Origin: Torpedo marmorata
Lineage: Eukaryota
NCBI GenBank assembly: GCA_977017645.1
Contig: OZ360220.1
Coordinates: forward strand, 246,574,001 to 246,638,000
Direction: 5' to 3'
Length of the DNA stretch: 64,000 nt
Made by a program: the position numbers and the translations under genes. Numbering within the stretch: position 1 is the stretch's first letter; every line of letters begins with the position of its first letter. Shown here one piece after another: positions 50,150 through 62,850 of the stretch. The notes under the pieces are model-generated. The model was given only the letters and a program-made list of their open reading frames with translations. It made no database searches and was not told the DNA's origin.

Positions 50150-51700
50150 AGGCAAATTTCTTTGAGCTCCCCACCCCTTCCCTTCCTTCTCCTATCAGAG
50201 AGCTACACTTCTTAGCCCTCTGCCCTCTCCCCAATCACTTCTCAGCTTTTTCTTCTACCCTCTCACCTGTATCCACCTCTTACCTGTTAGCCTTTGCTCC
50301 TCCCCTGCTCATTCCTCCCTCCTCTCTTTCCAATATTTTTATTGTTTTATATATATATATATATACTGCTCATACATAGGTAACAACAAGAATATGTATC
50401 CAACAAAGTAAATATATATTAACAAATGGCTGTAAACAACCTATGAAAGAGACAAAAAAAACTACTCTAATAATCTAACCCCTCCCTTGTGAAGTTATGA
50501 TTAAACATATATGTTTCACTAATGTATGAAAGAAAAAGCAACCAAACCATAAAATGGGATCCAATAATCTTATAAATTCTGATAATAATTAAGGAAAGGA
50601 CCCCATAAGTTTAGAAAATTAAGGTTCATTTCATTAGTAGAGCATCTGATTTTTTCCAGAGTCAAGCATGCCATCACATCAGATAACCATTGGGTATGTG
50701 TAGGAGGGACAGCATCCTTCCATCTCATAAGTATAGCTCTTCTGGCAATAAGGAGAGCAAAGGCAACTACATGGCATTGTAGCCTAGATAAATTTAAATC
50801 AGCTGATTTACTTATTCCAAATAGGGCTAGAAAAGGGTTAGAAGCCAAATTAATATTAAGAACTAAAGACAAGGTACGGAAAATACTTTCCCAATAATTG
50901 GAAAGCGAGGAACATGACCAAAACATATGAAATAATGTACCTGCTTCAGTCTTACATTTATCACATTTTGACGAGAAATTAGAATAAAATTTAGGCAATT
51001 GAACTTTGGAATAGTGAGCTCGATGGACTACTTTAAATTGCAATAATGAATGTCGGGCGCACAGAGAAGATGAATTAACCAATTTAAAGATAGAATCCCA
51101 TGTAGCATCAGAAAATTCTTGTTGAAAATCTTGCTCCCATAGCTTTTTAGTCTTGTCTAGGGAATTACCACTAGACATCAATAATAACTCATAAAAAACT
51201 GATAACTTTTTAGCATTCAGTTTAAGATTATAAATCTTCTCTATCATCTTTAATTCCAAATCTTGAGGGAGTTTTAATACCAAGGAATTTTAAAAAACAA
51301 ACTAATCTGTAAATATCTAAAAAAATGTTTAGTTATTTTAAATTTAGAAGATAATTGTTCAAAAGAGGCCAAATTTTGGTCAATAAAGAGACGTGGAAAA
51401 GATTGGATACCAAACTCTGACCATCGGCAAAAACCAAAATCTTGTACCGAAGGTAAAAAAACAAGAGGAATTAGCTAAAAGGGGACTGATTAATAAAAAT
51501 CGATGGCATCTAAAATGTCCTTCTTCCCTCCTCTCCTCCCCCACCTCCCCCTCTCCCCCCCCCCCCCACCGTTTTTATTCAGGCCACTAGTTGTTTTTCC
51601 AAATTCCCGACAAAAAGCTCAGGCCCAACACGTTGACTGCCTTTTAATTCCTATCGATGCTGCATGACCTGCTGAGTTTCTCCAGCACTTCTGTGTAATG
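50150..51700 (+). mobile_element. Penelope 3' portion split by an antisense L1
   Basis: 50150-50326 and 51525-51700 together match 23660-24005 (cagagagctacac...gatgctgcatgacctgctgagtttctccagcactt). Confidence 0.75.
50330..51520 (-). mobile_element. L1-clade LINE 3' fragment, different family
   Basis: ORF 50570-51283 with QFKVVHR, CDKCKTEAGTLFHMFWSC and LTLEKIR. Minus-strand AATAAA at ~50340. Confidence 0.88.
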
Positions 51701-52986
51701 TACAAAACCATTAATCCCGTTATCTAAATCATTTACATACAACGTGTAAAGTCGCGGATCCAATACTGACCCTACGGAACACCAGCAGCCAGCCAGAAAA
51801 GCCCCCTTTGCCTCGTTGCCTTCTGCCAGTCAGCCAGTGTTCTATCCACGCTAGTAACTTCCCCTATAATATTTAGCAGCCTTATGTGCGACACGTTGTC
51901 AAGGTACTTCTGAAAATCCAAATAAGCACCTACGACTAGTTTATTTCATTAATTCCCATCCTTGAAAGTGGAGTCCTGTTTTAACTTCCCGATTGTACAC
52001 GCAATCAAGTCTCTGAAAATGTAAACGACCTGTTTAGGTTAATCACCTTGATTTGTTACACATACAGCCCGACGAGATTATTTTTAATGAATTCATGAAC
52101 ACATTTATGTTTAGTTACCTCCTAGTTTGATGCGTTTCTCGGAGTCCCTCTTCCATGCGATTAGAGTTGATAAATTTATTCTGAAAATATCACTCAATTT
52201 CTAGACAAGTTGCCTAAAATCTTGCGCGGTTAAAGCTCGGTCCCAATGCTGTCATTTTCAAACATCAGATAATGCGTTCATTAAAAGCAGATAATGTGTT
52301 TATAGCTAGTATAATCCAAAAATAGTGCAAATTTTAAAAAAGTATTAAATCTTTCGTACATTGTGAAGCACATCGTTGAATAAAATTTGCCAGATTGCGG
52401 ACTGACAGTGTTATTTCTGACGAGTTTGAAACAAGTTCTTAAAGTGAGGTGATTGAGTTTCAACCTTACTGGGCATAATCGTACAGTTAATGACAGGTTA
52501 ATTGTTTCTTAGCTCTTGACACAATTGTAATAGCTTAAACAGGAATAGAGGATCGATCACCGAACCCACCGTGTAACAACCGAGTTTAACCTTTCATTGA
52601 ACGTCATTCTAACAAATAACTAAATAGGATCTGTTGTCGCAACTTTCATTGGCACGCCGGATTTAGTCACACGTAATGAGCAATCACATCTTGAAGCCTT
52701 ACAACGAAAAGTGACATGCATTTAATGCAATCTACATTGCAGCGGCCCAATGCTAAAAGAGAATGGATATTATTGCCTTTATTTAATAATATGTCGCTTT
52801 ATGTTGTTGCTTCATGCATTTCAAAATCAGCATCTTTTCACGGACATCATCTGTTTAACCTAACAGTTGGGTGTCTCCTTGAACTCCACCGATATGATGC
52901 TCTATATCTCACTTCTACACAGCTTTGAATTTGTTTTTCAGGTTGTTAATATCCATAAGGTTTCGAAAGTAAAAAGACCACTTATT

Positions 52987-53390
52987 TTGACCCCCATCGC
53001 CCTGACCAGGCTGTCTTCCGGCTGCTTCCTTCAGGCAGAAGGCGCAGAAGCCTGAAGTTCGACACCTCTGGGTTCAAGAACAGTTTCTTTCCAACAACCA
53101 CCTGGCGTTTGAACATCCCGAACCATAACATTGCTACAAGACTACAAAAGATCTCTCCGACAGTGTACTGACAGAACACTTTTTTGCGCCATCGGCCAAC
53201 CAACTGAGAATATTTATCATTTATTATATTTCCTCTTCTTCTTATATTTATTATTTTTATCTCTTCGAGACGTGTTATTTATATTTAATTTGTGTTGGCG
53301 TGTTGTTCACGTACCTGCATGGCTGCAGCAACACTTTCAATGCATCTGTACATTGCACTTATTTATTTGACAATATAATCTCATTCATTA
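52987..53390 (+). mobile_element. Rex/Babar-type LINE 3' fragment
   Basis: DPHRPDQAVFRLLPSGRRRRSLKFDTSGFKNSFFP, followed by a 3'UTR ending tgacaat...tcattcatt. Confidence 0.8.
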
Positions 53391-55554
53391 GCGCATTTTC
53401 TGTTTGTTTCGTGCTGCCGAAACCACCCCTCAAAATGCAACACAGTGTTTACTCACGTACCACATACTAGCCAAGTAAATACAGCAATGCCCTCATTAAC
53501 TTTTGCACCGTTATTCCCCAGAATCCTCCAACCACCACCTCTCACGTCACTGCCAATCCATGTGTACAATTCAAATCTGAATTTATACCTAGCCTATTAT
53601 AGTCACCTTAAAATTCCCGACCGCTATTTTCAAATTAAAAGCTTAATAGCCCTGGAAACGGAGTTCATGTGGCGAAGTTTAACATTGCCTCCTGCCCTGA
53701 AACGTTTTCTGCGGCGATCCTATTATTTGCTTGAATAAACCCTTTTGACGCGCAGAAATAGGAGTCGGGTGTCAGGTGTTTCTTCACAATACACACTCAC
53801 GCAGGGGACATTTTACCATCCCAAAACTGCACCCACAGACAACCCAAGCTGAGGTATACACCACACATACAAGAAGAACACAATAAATAAATCCCACCAC
53901 TCATTCATTTAGCTCCTATAAAACCAGTCTGGGGACCCGAGTGTGTGAAGTCGCTGCTGTTTAAATCTCCAACATTTCACGCAGTCAAGTGGAATGGAAT
54001 TGCTGGCAGCCTCTGCGTTTGGGAAAGCGGGAACCTTGTCAAATTACAAATGCAGGGGAAAAAAATGGTAAATCGAAACCAACCCCAAACGGTGCGGTGT
54101 GTTGAGAAGAAGCGAGACGGTTGGAAAGGCGGCGCCGTTCACTTATTTAATGGTCTCTGGCTTTTTTTTTTTACATAGGAGGGGCTCATTCATTTCCAGA
54201 TCAGTACCTGCTGCCATTTGTGCAGTTATAGTGGTCTTTCTCTTTGACAACTGAGCATTTGAGCACATTACTTTCCACTATCTGCAGTTTATAGCAAAAG
54301 TTCGATTCACCCCACATCTCTTTTTTAATATTTGTATTTTTCATTTTAAAATCGACTGAAATCGCAAACGAGCTACATGAAATAACCACAATAATGCTAC
54401 ACGTGACTCGTGTTCACTATGTGGGATTTAAAGGCGGACGCTATTTCCAGAATCAAGTCTTCAAGGAACCCAGTGCTCAACCTTGGCCATCTTTAGTCAC
54501 CGACCAATCCCTGCCAGATTTAATGTAACTTGATAACATGACTTTCCCCTGATTGAAGGTATATTTTTATATAAAATAATGAAACGGAAATAGTGAACGA
54601 GACATTATTTGGATTTATTTTATTCGTCATAGACACAAAATCATTTTAACTGCCATAACTGTAAGATAATTCGATGTGACTTTAAATACAGTTAAATATC
54701 AAAAATAAAGAAAGGGCGTGGAACCAACATACACGTTGATGTGTCGACGAATTCTTCATCGAGGAGGCTTCAAAATTTCGCTGAAGATGACTTTAAAAGC
54801 CACCTGGTTTCATGGTCCGTGCATAAAAGTAGGGATTAGTGGCAATTATTCTTGAATCTAAACAAAACGGCGCTTTTTTTTACCTGAAGACGACCGTACT
54901 ATAGCATACTCCAGGCAAAGACTTGGTTTTCTCTGTGCTCCAATGTTTGGCTCGGATCTGTAAGGCCTCTGCTAAGTGCAATGTTTTGCAGCGTATTTCT
55001 GTCCTGCTTCCAGTATTAACTCGAGTCAACAGCTCACGGCAGTGTGCTGCCGCTACAATTTGGACAGAATTTTACAGTTTAGGAACTACTCACACTCCCT
55101 CCATTTAAACATTTGTGCATTAAAACTAAACTATTTTGTGCAAGTATCTTTAAAATTATGAAACAAACCACATATCACATTACATTAGTTTGGTGTCACT
55201 TTTGCGTAATGCAACAATGTTTACGATAAAACATTAGAGACGCCCTGTCCACCTCATACTGAACATCTGTGCTCCGAATCTAGCTACATCTCTAACCATG
55301 CAATTGCAGTACAGATGGTCAGTACACAGAAGAGAAGTTCTTCTATGCACAATGCAAGTTACTGTATTTGTTTCTGAATTCAAATAACCAGCTGTCCTAC
55401 ATTAACTTAGAATATGAATGGGGAAAAGGTATATCAATCAAATAACATTATTTCACAACTATATGGCACAATTTAAACGGTAAATCAGCCTAAAATGAAT
55501 TCCTGCGGGCTTTGTGTGTTGCAAGTAAATGTCAATATTTATGCGCATCACATT

Positions 55555-56560
55555 TTGCCCATCAGCAATTGCCCTGAGAAGTTAGTGGTGAACTGCTTTT
55601 TTAAACCGTTGTACTCTGGTTAAGGTGCTACCACAGTGCTGATGGGTAGAGCATTCCAGGATTTATACTCAGTGATAATGAAGAACCAGCAATGTATTTT
55701 CATGTCAGGGTGGTGGCTGACTTGAAGGGAGACTTGCTCCCAAGTACTCAAGGCCCTTATCACAAGAGGTAATAGGTTTGGGATATTATTGGAGAAGTCT
55801 TGGCAAATAGGTGGTGCAGTTTATTGGTGTGTGCAGCAGCCACGGTGCTCCAATGGTGGACCGAATGCATGATTAGGGTTATGAATGTGATGTGAAGCAA
55901 GTGGGCTGTGCTGTCCTGAGTCACCCAGGCAAGTGAAGAGCATTTCATCACATTTCTGGCAAATCTTGCAGAGAGTCAAAAGGTTTGGGGTTTCAAGAAG
56001 TAAGTCATTTGTCATGGGATACCCAGCCTCTGACTTACGTGTAGCCAGTCAAATTGATTTTTTGATCGACAATGAGCCCAAGGATGTGGACAGAGTGGAA
56101 GTCAGCAATGGTAATGCCATTGAATGTCAAACTCTCTCTTGTTGGACATACACATTGCCTGGCACTTTATGAGCTGCATTAGACCATGGCTGGGTTTTGT
56201 CCAGGTCTTGCTGCATGCAGGCATGGGCTGCATCACTTGTTGAGAAATTGCAAATAGAATTGAACAGTGCACAAACATTGGTGAACTTCCCCACCTTTGG
56301 CCACGTGACGGAATGAAAGTCATTGATGATGCAGCTGAAGATTGCCAGACCTGGGACACTGCCCGAGGGACTCCTGCAGTGAAATCCTGGGACTGGCACT
56401 CCAACAACAACAGTCATCATCCTTATTTTCAAGGTAGGACTCCAACTATAGGAATGTTCTCCCGTTGATGCCGATTAACTTCAGTTTTACAAAAAAGGCT
56501 TAATGTCACAGTCAGTCAAAAGTTGCTTTGACATTGAGAGCAATAACATTCACCTCTGGA
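55555..56560 (-). mobile_element. Degraded CR1-group LINE
   Basis: Frameshifted RT: SQDFTAGVP, GSVPGLAIFSCIINDF, MQQDLDKTQPW, KCQAMCMSNKRE. Confidence 0.75.
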
Positions 56561-56564
56561 ATTC

Positions 56565-57310
56565 AGATCTTTGATATATGTACCTCTATAAAGTTATCCC
56601 TCTGTCTCCTGTGCTCCAGAGAAAAGTTCAAGCTATCCACCCTCTCTTTATAACTCAAGCCTCCAGTCCCAGTAACATCCATGAGAATTTTGTTCTGCAC
56701 CCTTTCAGGCACAATGACATCTTTCCTATAGTTGGGTGACCAAAACTGCACATAATATTCCAAGTGTGGTCTCACCAATGTTTTGTACAGCTGTAATATT
56801 ATGTCCCAATTCTTCCCTTGACTGATGAAAGCAAACATTTCAAATGCTTTCTTCACTGCCCTGTTGACGCATATGACCATTTTCAGGGAACTATGTACCT
56901 GTACCACTAGGTCTCTTTGTTCTAAATGCTCTGTAGGATCCTACCATTTACTGTGAAGTCCTGCTCTGTTTTAACTGACCAAAATGCAACACCTGACCAG
57001 GTTAAATTCCATCTGCCATTACCCCACTTCCCCAGTTGATCTAGATCCTTTTAAAGTCTTAGATAAACGTCTTCACTGTCCATCTAACCACCAATCTTGG
57101 TGCCAACTGCAAACTTACCAACCTTGCTAACTACATTCACATCCAAATTAACAGTAGACCCAGCACTGATCTCTCTAGCACACCAATGGTCATAGACCTC
57201 CAATCTGAAAAAAAGGCTTCCACCACCACCCTCTGACTCCTTCCACCAATTAGCCTGCTCACCCTGGATCATATGTGTTCTAATCCTTTAGAGTACCCTA
57301 CCATGTGCAA
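56565..57310 (-). mobile_element. CR1 LINE fragment
   Basis: VQVHSSLK...LQLYKTLVRPHLEYYVQFWSPNYRKDV, and upstream VGKFAVGTKIGG (degenerate KFADDTKIGG). Confidence 0.85.
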
Positions 57311-57682
57311 CCTCACATCCATTGATCCTGGCACTGCATGCAGTATCGTGAAGGTCTGTGTGAAGGCATGTTTAGTGATGAGTATAGTGTTTTTCTTTAA
57401 CATTTTGCTATGATATCAGTTTCTAACTAGCTTCCAAAACAGTTGACATTTCACAGATGGAAAAAAGAACTCCATGCATCCACCTAACAAAATCACACAA
57501 AGTTGAAGTTTAGAGTTTCACCCATCAGCAACAACATAGTACAATTCTGAAATGTCAACTGTAAATATTATTTTTAACTGCAGCAATAAATCTTGGATCA
57601 GCAGTATTAAATTATAGTAGTCTCTCGACATACATTTCCCCAGGCGCTATTGTTTGCATTCTCATCAAAGATGAGTTTATCT

Positions 57683-59025
57683 ATATTATCTATAAGTGGA
57701 ATTCTAAATTATTATTAGTAAGAAAGAAAAATTCACCGATTATTAAACATTTGTTGGAAATATGGATACAGGTAGATAAAGAAATAGGTGGGAAAGGGTT
57801 AATTTCTTTAAATATGCCATTATATCAAAATCCACTTTTATCATTTACTATGAATAATCAGTTACTGAAAGTATGGTTTCAAAAAGGAATTAAGAATTTT
57901 AAAGATTGTTTTGAGGCTGGAAGATTTGTTCCGTTTCAAAGATTGAAGGAAAAATTTAATGTACTAGATAATACATGGTTAGCTTATTATCAAGTTAAAG
58001 CTTTTTTGATTGAGAAATTAGGAGATGATTTGATTGCTCCAAGACAAAATGAGTTAGAATTATTAATAACTAAAGCAAATGTTAATAAGTTTATTTCTCA
58101 AATGTATAAATTATTTCAGAGAAAAATGCCTAAAGTAGGATTACATAAATCAAGATTAAAATTGGAATTAGATTTAAATGTTAATATAGCTGAACATCAT
58201 TGGAAAGATTTATGTAAATTAAGTATGACTAAAGTTATTAATGTTAGATACAGATTAGTACAATATAATTTTTTACATCAATTATATTTAACACCAAAAA
58301 AATTAAAGAAATTTAATCCGACATTATTGGATTTGTGTTTTAGATGTAAGAGTGAAGTAGGTTCTTTTGATCATTCTACATGGTTATGTCCAAAAATTCA
58401 AGATTTTAGGTTGAAAGTTAAGAATTTTTTAGATAGAGTTTTTAATGTTATGTTTCCAATGGATCCTATGTTATTTTTATTTGGAGATATTAGAAAATTT
58501 AGTACTAGGAATAGATTGAATATGTATCAGGTAGAATTTTTACGAATTGCTTTAGCTGTCTCAAAAAAATGTATTGCTATTACTTGGAAATCAGATTTAG
58601 ATTTAAGTTTAGACAGGTGGCATGCAGAACTCTGTTCGTGTATTCCTCTGGAAAAGATTACTTATAATTTACGCAATAAATATCATTCTTTTTAAAAAAT
58701 TTGGAGCCCATATATGAGAGTTATGGGTTTAAGGATTTGAAATCTCTAGATATCAGGTCTATTGGCGAGTTTAACCTCCATGATAAAATTAGTTTGTAGA
58801 TGGTTCTCCCCTTACTATTAATCTATTTTTCTTTTTCTTTCTTTTTTTTTACTATGTATTTTTTATTATTTTCTTTTTTTTTTAGAATAGTGGGGATGGG
58901 GGGGGGGTTAGGGAAGGGAGGGAGGGTGTGGGGGGAGGAAATATATATCACCTGTATTTTGGAAATTACATTTTTTGATTTATGTATTGTGTGATTTAAA
59001 AATTTAAATAAAATAATAAAAAAAA
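57683..59025 (+). mobile_element. L1-clade LINE copy D
   Basis: ORF2 C-terminal region 57751-58695, related to copies A-C. A tail. 16-bp TSD AAAGATGAGTTTATCT (57667-82, 59026-41). Confidence 0.95.
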
Positions 59026-59244
59026 AAAGATGAGTTTATCTCACAATACAGATTCCCCAGACTGCAGTGAATTATCAGTCTCAATTTTAAACTCATGTCC
59101 ATCCCACAACTTCTGGTTCAACGATTTTAAAAAAAATGAAATTAACTGACTCAGGGTAACAAATGCTTGGGTTTGTCAAGAGAGAAAACCATGGCCTTTT
59201 TTTACTGCAAAATACAAAAACACCCCATATTTTAGCCAAAACTA

Positions 59245-59440
59245 TAGATATTTGAAATCTGACATCAAAACAGAAAATGATGGAAACATTTGGCAGGCCA
59301 GAGAGCATCTGTGGAGAGGGAAAAACAATGTTAATGTTTCATAATTTCTGGTGAAGGATGGGCAACCTGAAATGTTAAATCAGTTTCTTTCCCCACCGAT
59401 GCTCCCTGATGCTTTGTTATTTTCATCCTACTTGTTTTAC
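59245..59440. mobile_element. Penelope-derived fold-back mini-element
   Basis: Antisense terminal segment (aaaacagaaaatgatggaaac...agcatctgtggagaggg) directly followed by the sense segment (ctggtgaaggatgggcaacctgaaatgttaa...ccaccgatgctccctga). Confidence 0.65.
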
Positions 59441-60639
59441 TCGATCTGCAATCCATCACTCACAGAACATAAACATATTGTTTCCAATTTTGTCAACTTA
59501 ATTGAAATAAATATCCTTAATGCTCCTGAATAAAAATAACATTGTGTTCCCACTTCTACATCGTTGTGAGGTACTTTTAGGGTAAACCTTCAGTGACTTT
59601 TAACACAAGAGTTGAGTCAACAGTTATATACCATTGGTTAAAAACCATTTCACTTAAGTTGTGATTTAGCAAGGAACAGAAAAACTCCAGGCTGATCATT
59701 CTCAGTGCATTGATCCTCTTTAGGATTTTATAAATGTTGATTGGTATATTTATAATATTGGACAAGTCTGGAAATTTCCATCTACTCTTTTCATAAGCCA
59801 AGGAAGTGGAATTTTACACATGCAACAAACAGGTACAGCCCAAGGTCTTTCCCTTTAAGTGCTGTGAGTGCAGAGTGAACAGTTCAGCTATATTTAACTA
59901 CCTGTCATTCAAGGCTGATATTTCTGGAACATCAGCAGAATAACCTGGTTACCTTGTCCACTAAAATACAAAACACAAGTCAAAGAAATATAAAAACAAA
60001 TAATTAATTCTTTCATCCCATGTTTTATTCGAACATGAGATAAGCAAGGAATAATTTGTGAACAATACCATCATTTTCCTGTCTTTTTATAAAATATTGC
60101 CTGGGTTCAAATCATCAAATCTCACTTATCAGCATTCACTTATCTTCCATCGAGGTATCGAAATGAGTCATCAAAGATATTATCAAGTAACAGCAACTCA
60201 TAACCTTCTCATAAAAGCATAGTTTTGTTTCTGACAGTTGTTTGCATCCACATCTTTTCCCAGTTTTATTCCAGTCCTGGTACAAGTGCTGATTTAGAAA
60301 GAACTTAAAATTGTTGCAGATAACATCAAGGCAACAGCCATCTAAGTATGATGTCAGTACCTTGAGACTACTAGAGGCATTCAAAACGTCCAATAGCTGG
60401 AATCATATCCAATGCAAAAGAAAACTCATCATGGCTGTTGGATTTGTCACTGAGGTCGAGAGTTCCTGTGTTTTTGAACCAATTACTTCATATTGTTTCA
60501 TCAATTACTTCATTAACAAAAGGTGAGGGAAGAGCCTGTTCCCAAAATATTCCATGCCTATCTCATGTTATAATGAAGGAGAATATAAAATAATGGATTC
60601 TTTATTTATGATGTCACAGGCAGTGCTAGCATGTGTAGT

Positions 60640-60920
60640 CAATGCCTAATTGCCCCTGAATTGAAGAGGGAGTGGAATCAAGCATATTGGTGATTGTGGA
60701 ATCATATGGTGCCTGAACCAGGTAAGAAAGCAATTGTCCTTCCATGAAGGAGATAATAGTGAATTAAATGGGGTTTCCTTGTAGTTTTGTGGTTACCAGT
60801 ACTGAGATCAGATTTAAATTCAAATAATTAAATAAAGATCAAATAAAATTCCTTAGCTACTGTTTAGAGTTCAAACTAATGTCTCTGGATTAATTGGTCC
60901 AGAACTCTAGTTTAGTCCAG
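60640..60920 (-). mobile_element. Old tRNA-derived SINE relic
   Basis: ccaggtaagaaagcaattgtccttccatgaagg...agtgaattaaatggg and an antisense B-box-like agttcaaactaatgtctctggattaa. Recalled elasmobranch repeat. Confidence 0.4.
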
Positions 60921-60924
60921 CAAG

Positions 60925-61250
60925 TGTGGTAGCTATGATGCTGCAGTAAATAAAGTTGCTGCCTCACAGTTCCAGGGAGCCAGGTCTTATCCTGACCTGT
61001 GTGGATTTTGCTTGTTCCCCTCATGACTGCAGGTGCTCTGGTTTCTTCCCAAAAATGTGCTAGGAGGTTATCTGGCTACTTTAACTTGCCCATTAGTGTA
61101 GATAAATGGCAAAAGAACTGAAGGGGAAAGCGGGGTGGTGGAGAGAGCAAAAGCTGCAGAGTTAGAGGGAAGTTAAAAAGATGGAATGGGACTGATTGTA
61201 TTGTTCTGTTGGGAGCTGGCACAGTCTAAGTAGCATCCTTCTGTATCATA
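60925..61250 (+). mobile_element. Diverged V-SINE
   Basis: gttgctgcctcacagttccaggga head and ggtgctctggtttcttccc V-core. Confidence 0.6.
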
Positions 61251-61325
61251 GTAATTATGTTACTTAACCATCACAAGTCTGGATTTCAATTAATATTCAC
61301 ACACTGTCTCTCTTGTCCTAAGAAC

Positions 61326-61566
61326 ATAAAGGTAAAGGTTCCATTATTGTCACGTAATACTACATTTAGAATGTAACATACATGAAATCCTTTAATTTTT
61401 GTCTACCGTAAGGCAGACAGAGGGTCGCTATTTTGTCCAGCACCCCTCACAGAAACCTACAGCACCTGGTGTTCCTTGGCGGTCTCCCTTCCAAGTACTG
61501 ACCAGTCCTGTGCCTGCTCAGCTTCTGAGATCAGACAATCCCAGTCGTATTCAGGCTATTGGTGCT
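61326..61566 (-). mobile_element. 5S rRNA-derived SINE (SINE3), copy 2
   Basis: Same 5S head, tail and both endpoints as 13006-13237. Confidence 0.92.
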
Positions 61567-62394
61567 GTATTATATTTAGTTCTATAATTTCAATAAATAC
61601 TTTGGAAGTGTGAATTTGTTAATTAGGCAAATAAAACAACTACCGGTAAGTTGTGCACAGAAGGATTCTACGGGTCACAGTGATCAGATAATATAGAGGA
61701 GGGTTCAGAAATACATTTTGGGTAGTTAGAATTCCACAAAAGCTTAAGTCAAATATTAAGCCAAATTTTCTTCCAATGTTGCAGGCTGAGCAATGGCTGA
61801 GAGATTTGAGAGCTGTAAAACTCCTTGGTGCTCATTAAGTCACTTGTGGGGAAAGAAGCATCAGTGTTGCATTTCAGCTAAAATCCAGCACCGTTGCTAG
61901 TCTATTACCTTTGCACTACAGCATGAAGCAGCCCTTGTCAGTCCAGAGCAGTACTTCAACAAAATCAAGCCTGGGGCTGACAAGTAGCAGGCAACATTTA
62001 TGTCACATCAGGCAATGAAACAACAATAAAGCAAAGAATCCAACTTTTGCCCATCCCCAATTTGAATGATACCACCTATGCAGAGGCGAACAACCTGTGG
62101 TACTATTGTTGCTTCAAAAAGCTGGAAGCTGTATTAAATCCAAAATACCACCAACTTGGCAACTTAGATAATAAAACAATCTTAACCTGAATTCAACTAG
62201 ATCTGATCAGGATTCAGGCTAAGTGTGAGGCAACATTTCTACAAACATGTGCCAGTAAGGATCATCTTTAACAACAGCCTGGTCAATGACCTGACATCCA
62301 ACAACATTTCTGCGAGGAAATCCCCATTGTGGGGTCATTCTTTGACAAGAATGAGTCCAGCCATCGAAATATATTGGCTACAGTATAGGACGAT

Positions 62395-62850
62395 CATAAA
62401 AACTGCAGATGCTGGAAATCTGAAATAAAAGCAGAACATGCTGGGAAATACTCGTCAAATCAGGCAGCATCTTTGGGAAGAGAAACGGTAAATGTTTCAA
62501 ATTAAGGACTCTTTGTCAGAACTTTGAGAAACACTAAATAGTATGAACATACCTTGTGAAGGGTGGAATTTGAGTAGAACTCAATGTGAGATTGGTTGGA
62601 GCCAGAGATAGTTAAACAAAGAGATGCAGCTGGGGTGCGAATTTTGGTCAATGCCTTATTGAGGATGAGAAAGGAGAGAGAAGGCATGTAAGGTGAACAA
62701 GGCAAAAGGGACAGATGGAAACCACCCCCCCCCCCCACCCCCAGAGAGCAGAGGAGAGCTTCTTCAAGGTTGGCATTCCTGCTTTAACTGTTTCTCTTTC
62801 CACAGATACTGCCTGACCTGGTGAGTGTTTCTTGCATTCTCTCTTTTTAT
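62395..62850. mobile_element. Penelope-derived element with inverted termini
   Basis: 62430-62500 (gcagaacatgctggg...caggcagcatctttgggaagagaaacgg) is inverted relative to 62785-62850 (ctgtttctctttccacagatactgcctgacctg). Confidence 0.7.

Noticed and set aside
50316-51535. TSD TCCCTCCTCTC for the antisense L1
   Set aside because: It lies in low-complexity pyrimidine DNA, so it is not reliable. Excluded from the target-site analysis; this is also a different L1 family.
54201-54957. Antisense spliced exons (donor-like sites near 54206 and 54883)
   Set aside because: Acceptors are weak and the peptides unrecognisable. Cannot be supported without RNA data.
55211-55223. DMRT binding sites (GCAACAATGTT here; CAACATTGTTTC near 34449)
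   Set aside because: They are imperfect matches, and ACAATGT cores are expected many times by chance in 64 kb of AT-rich DNA.
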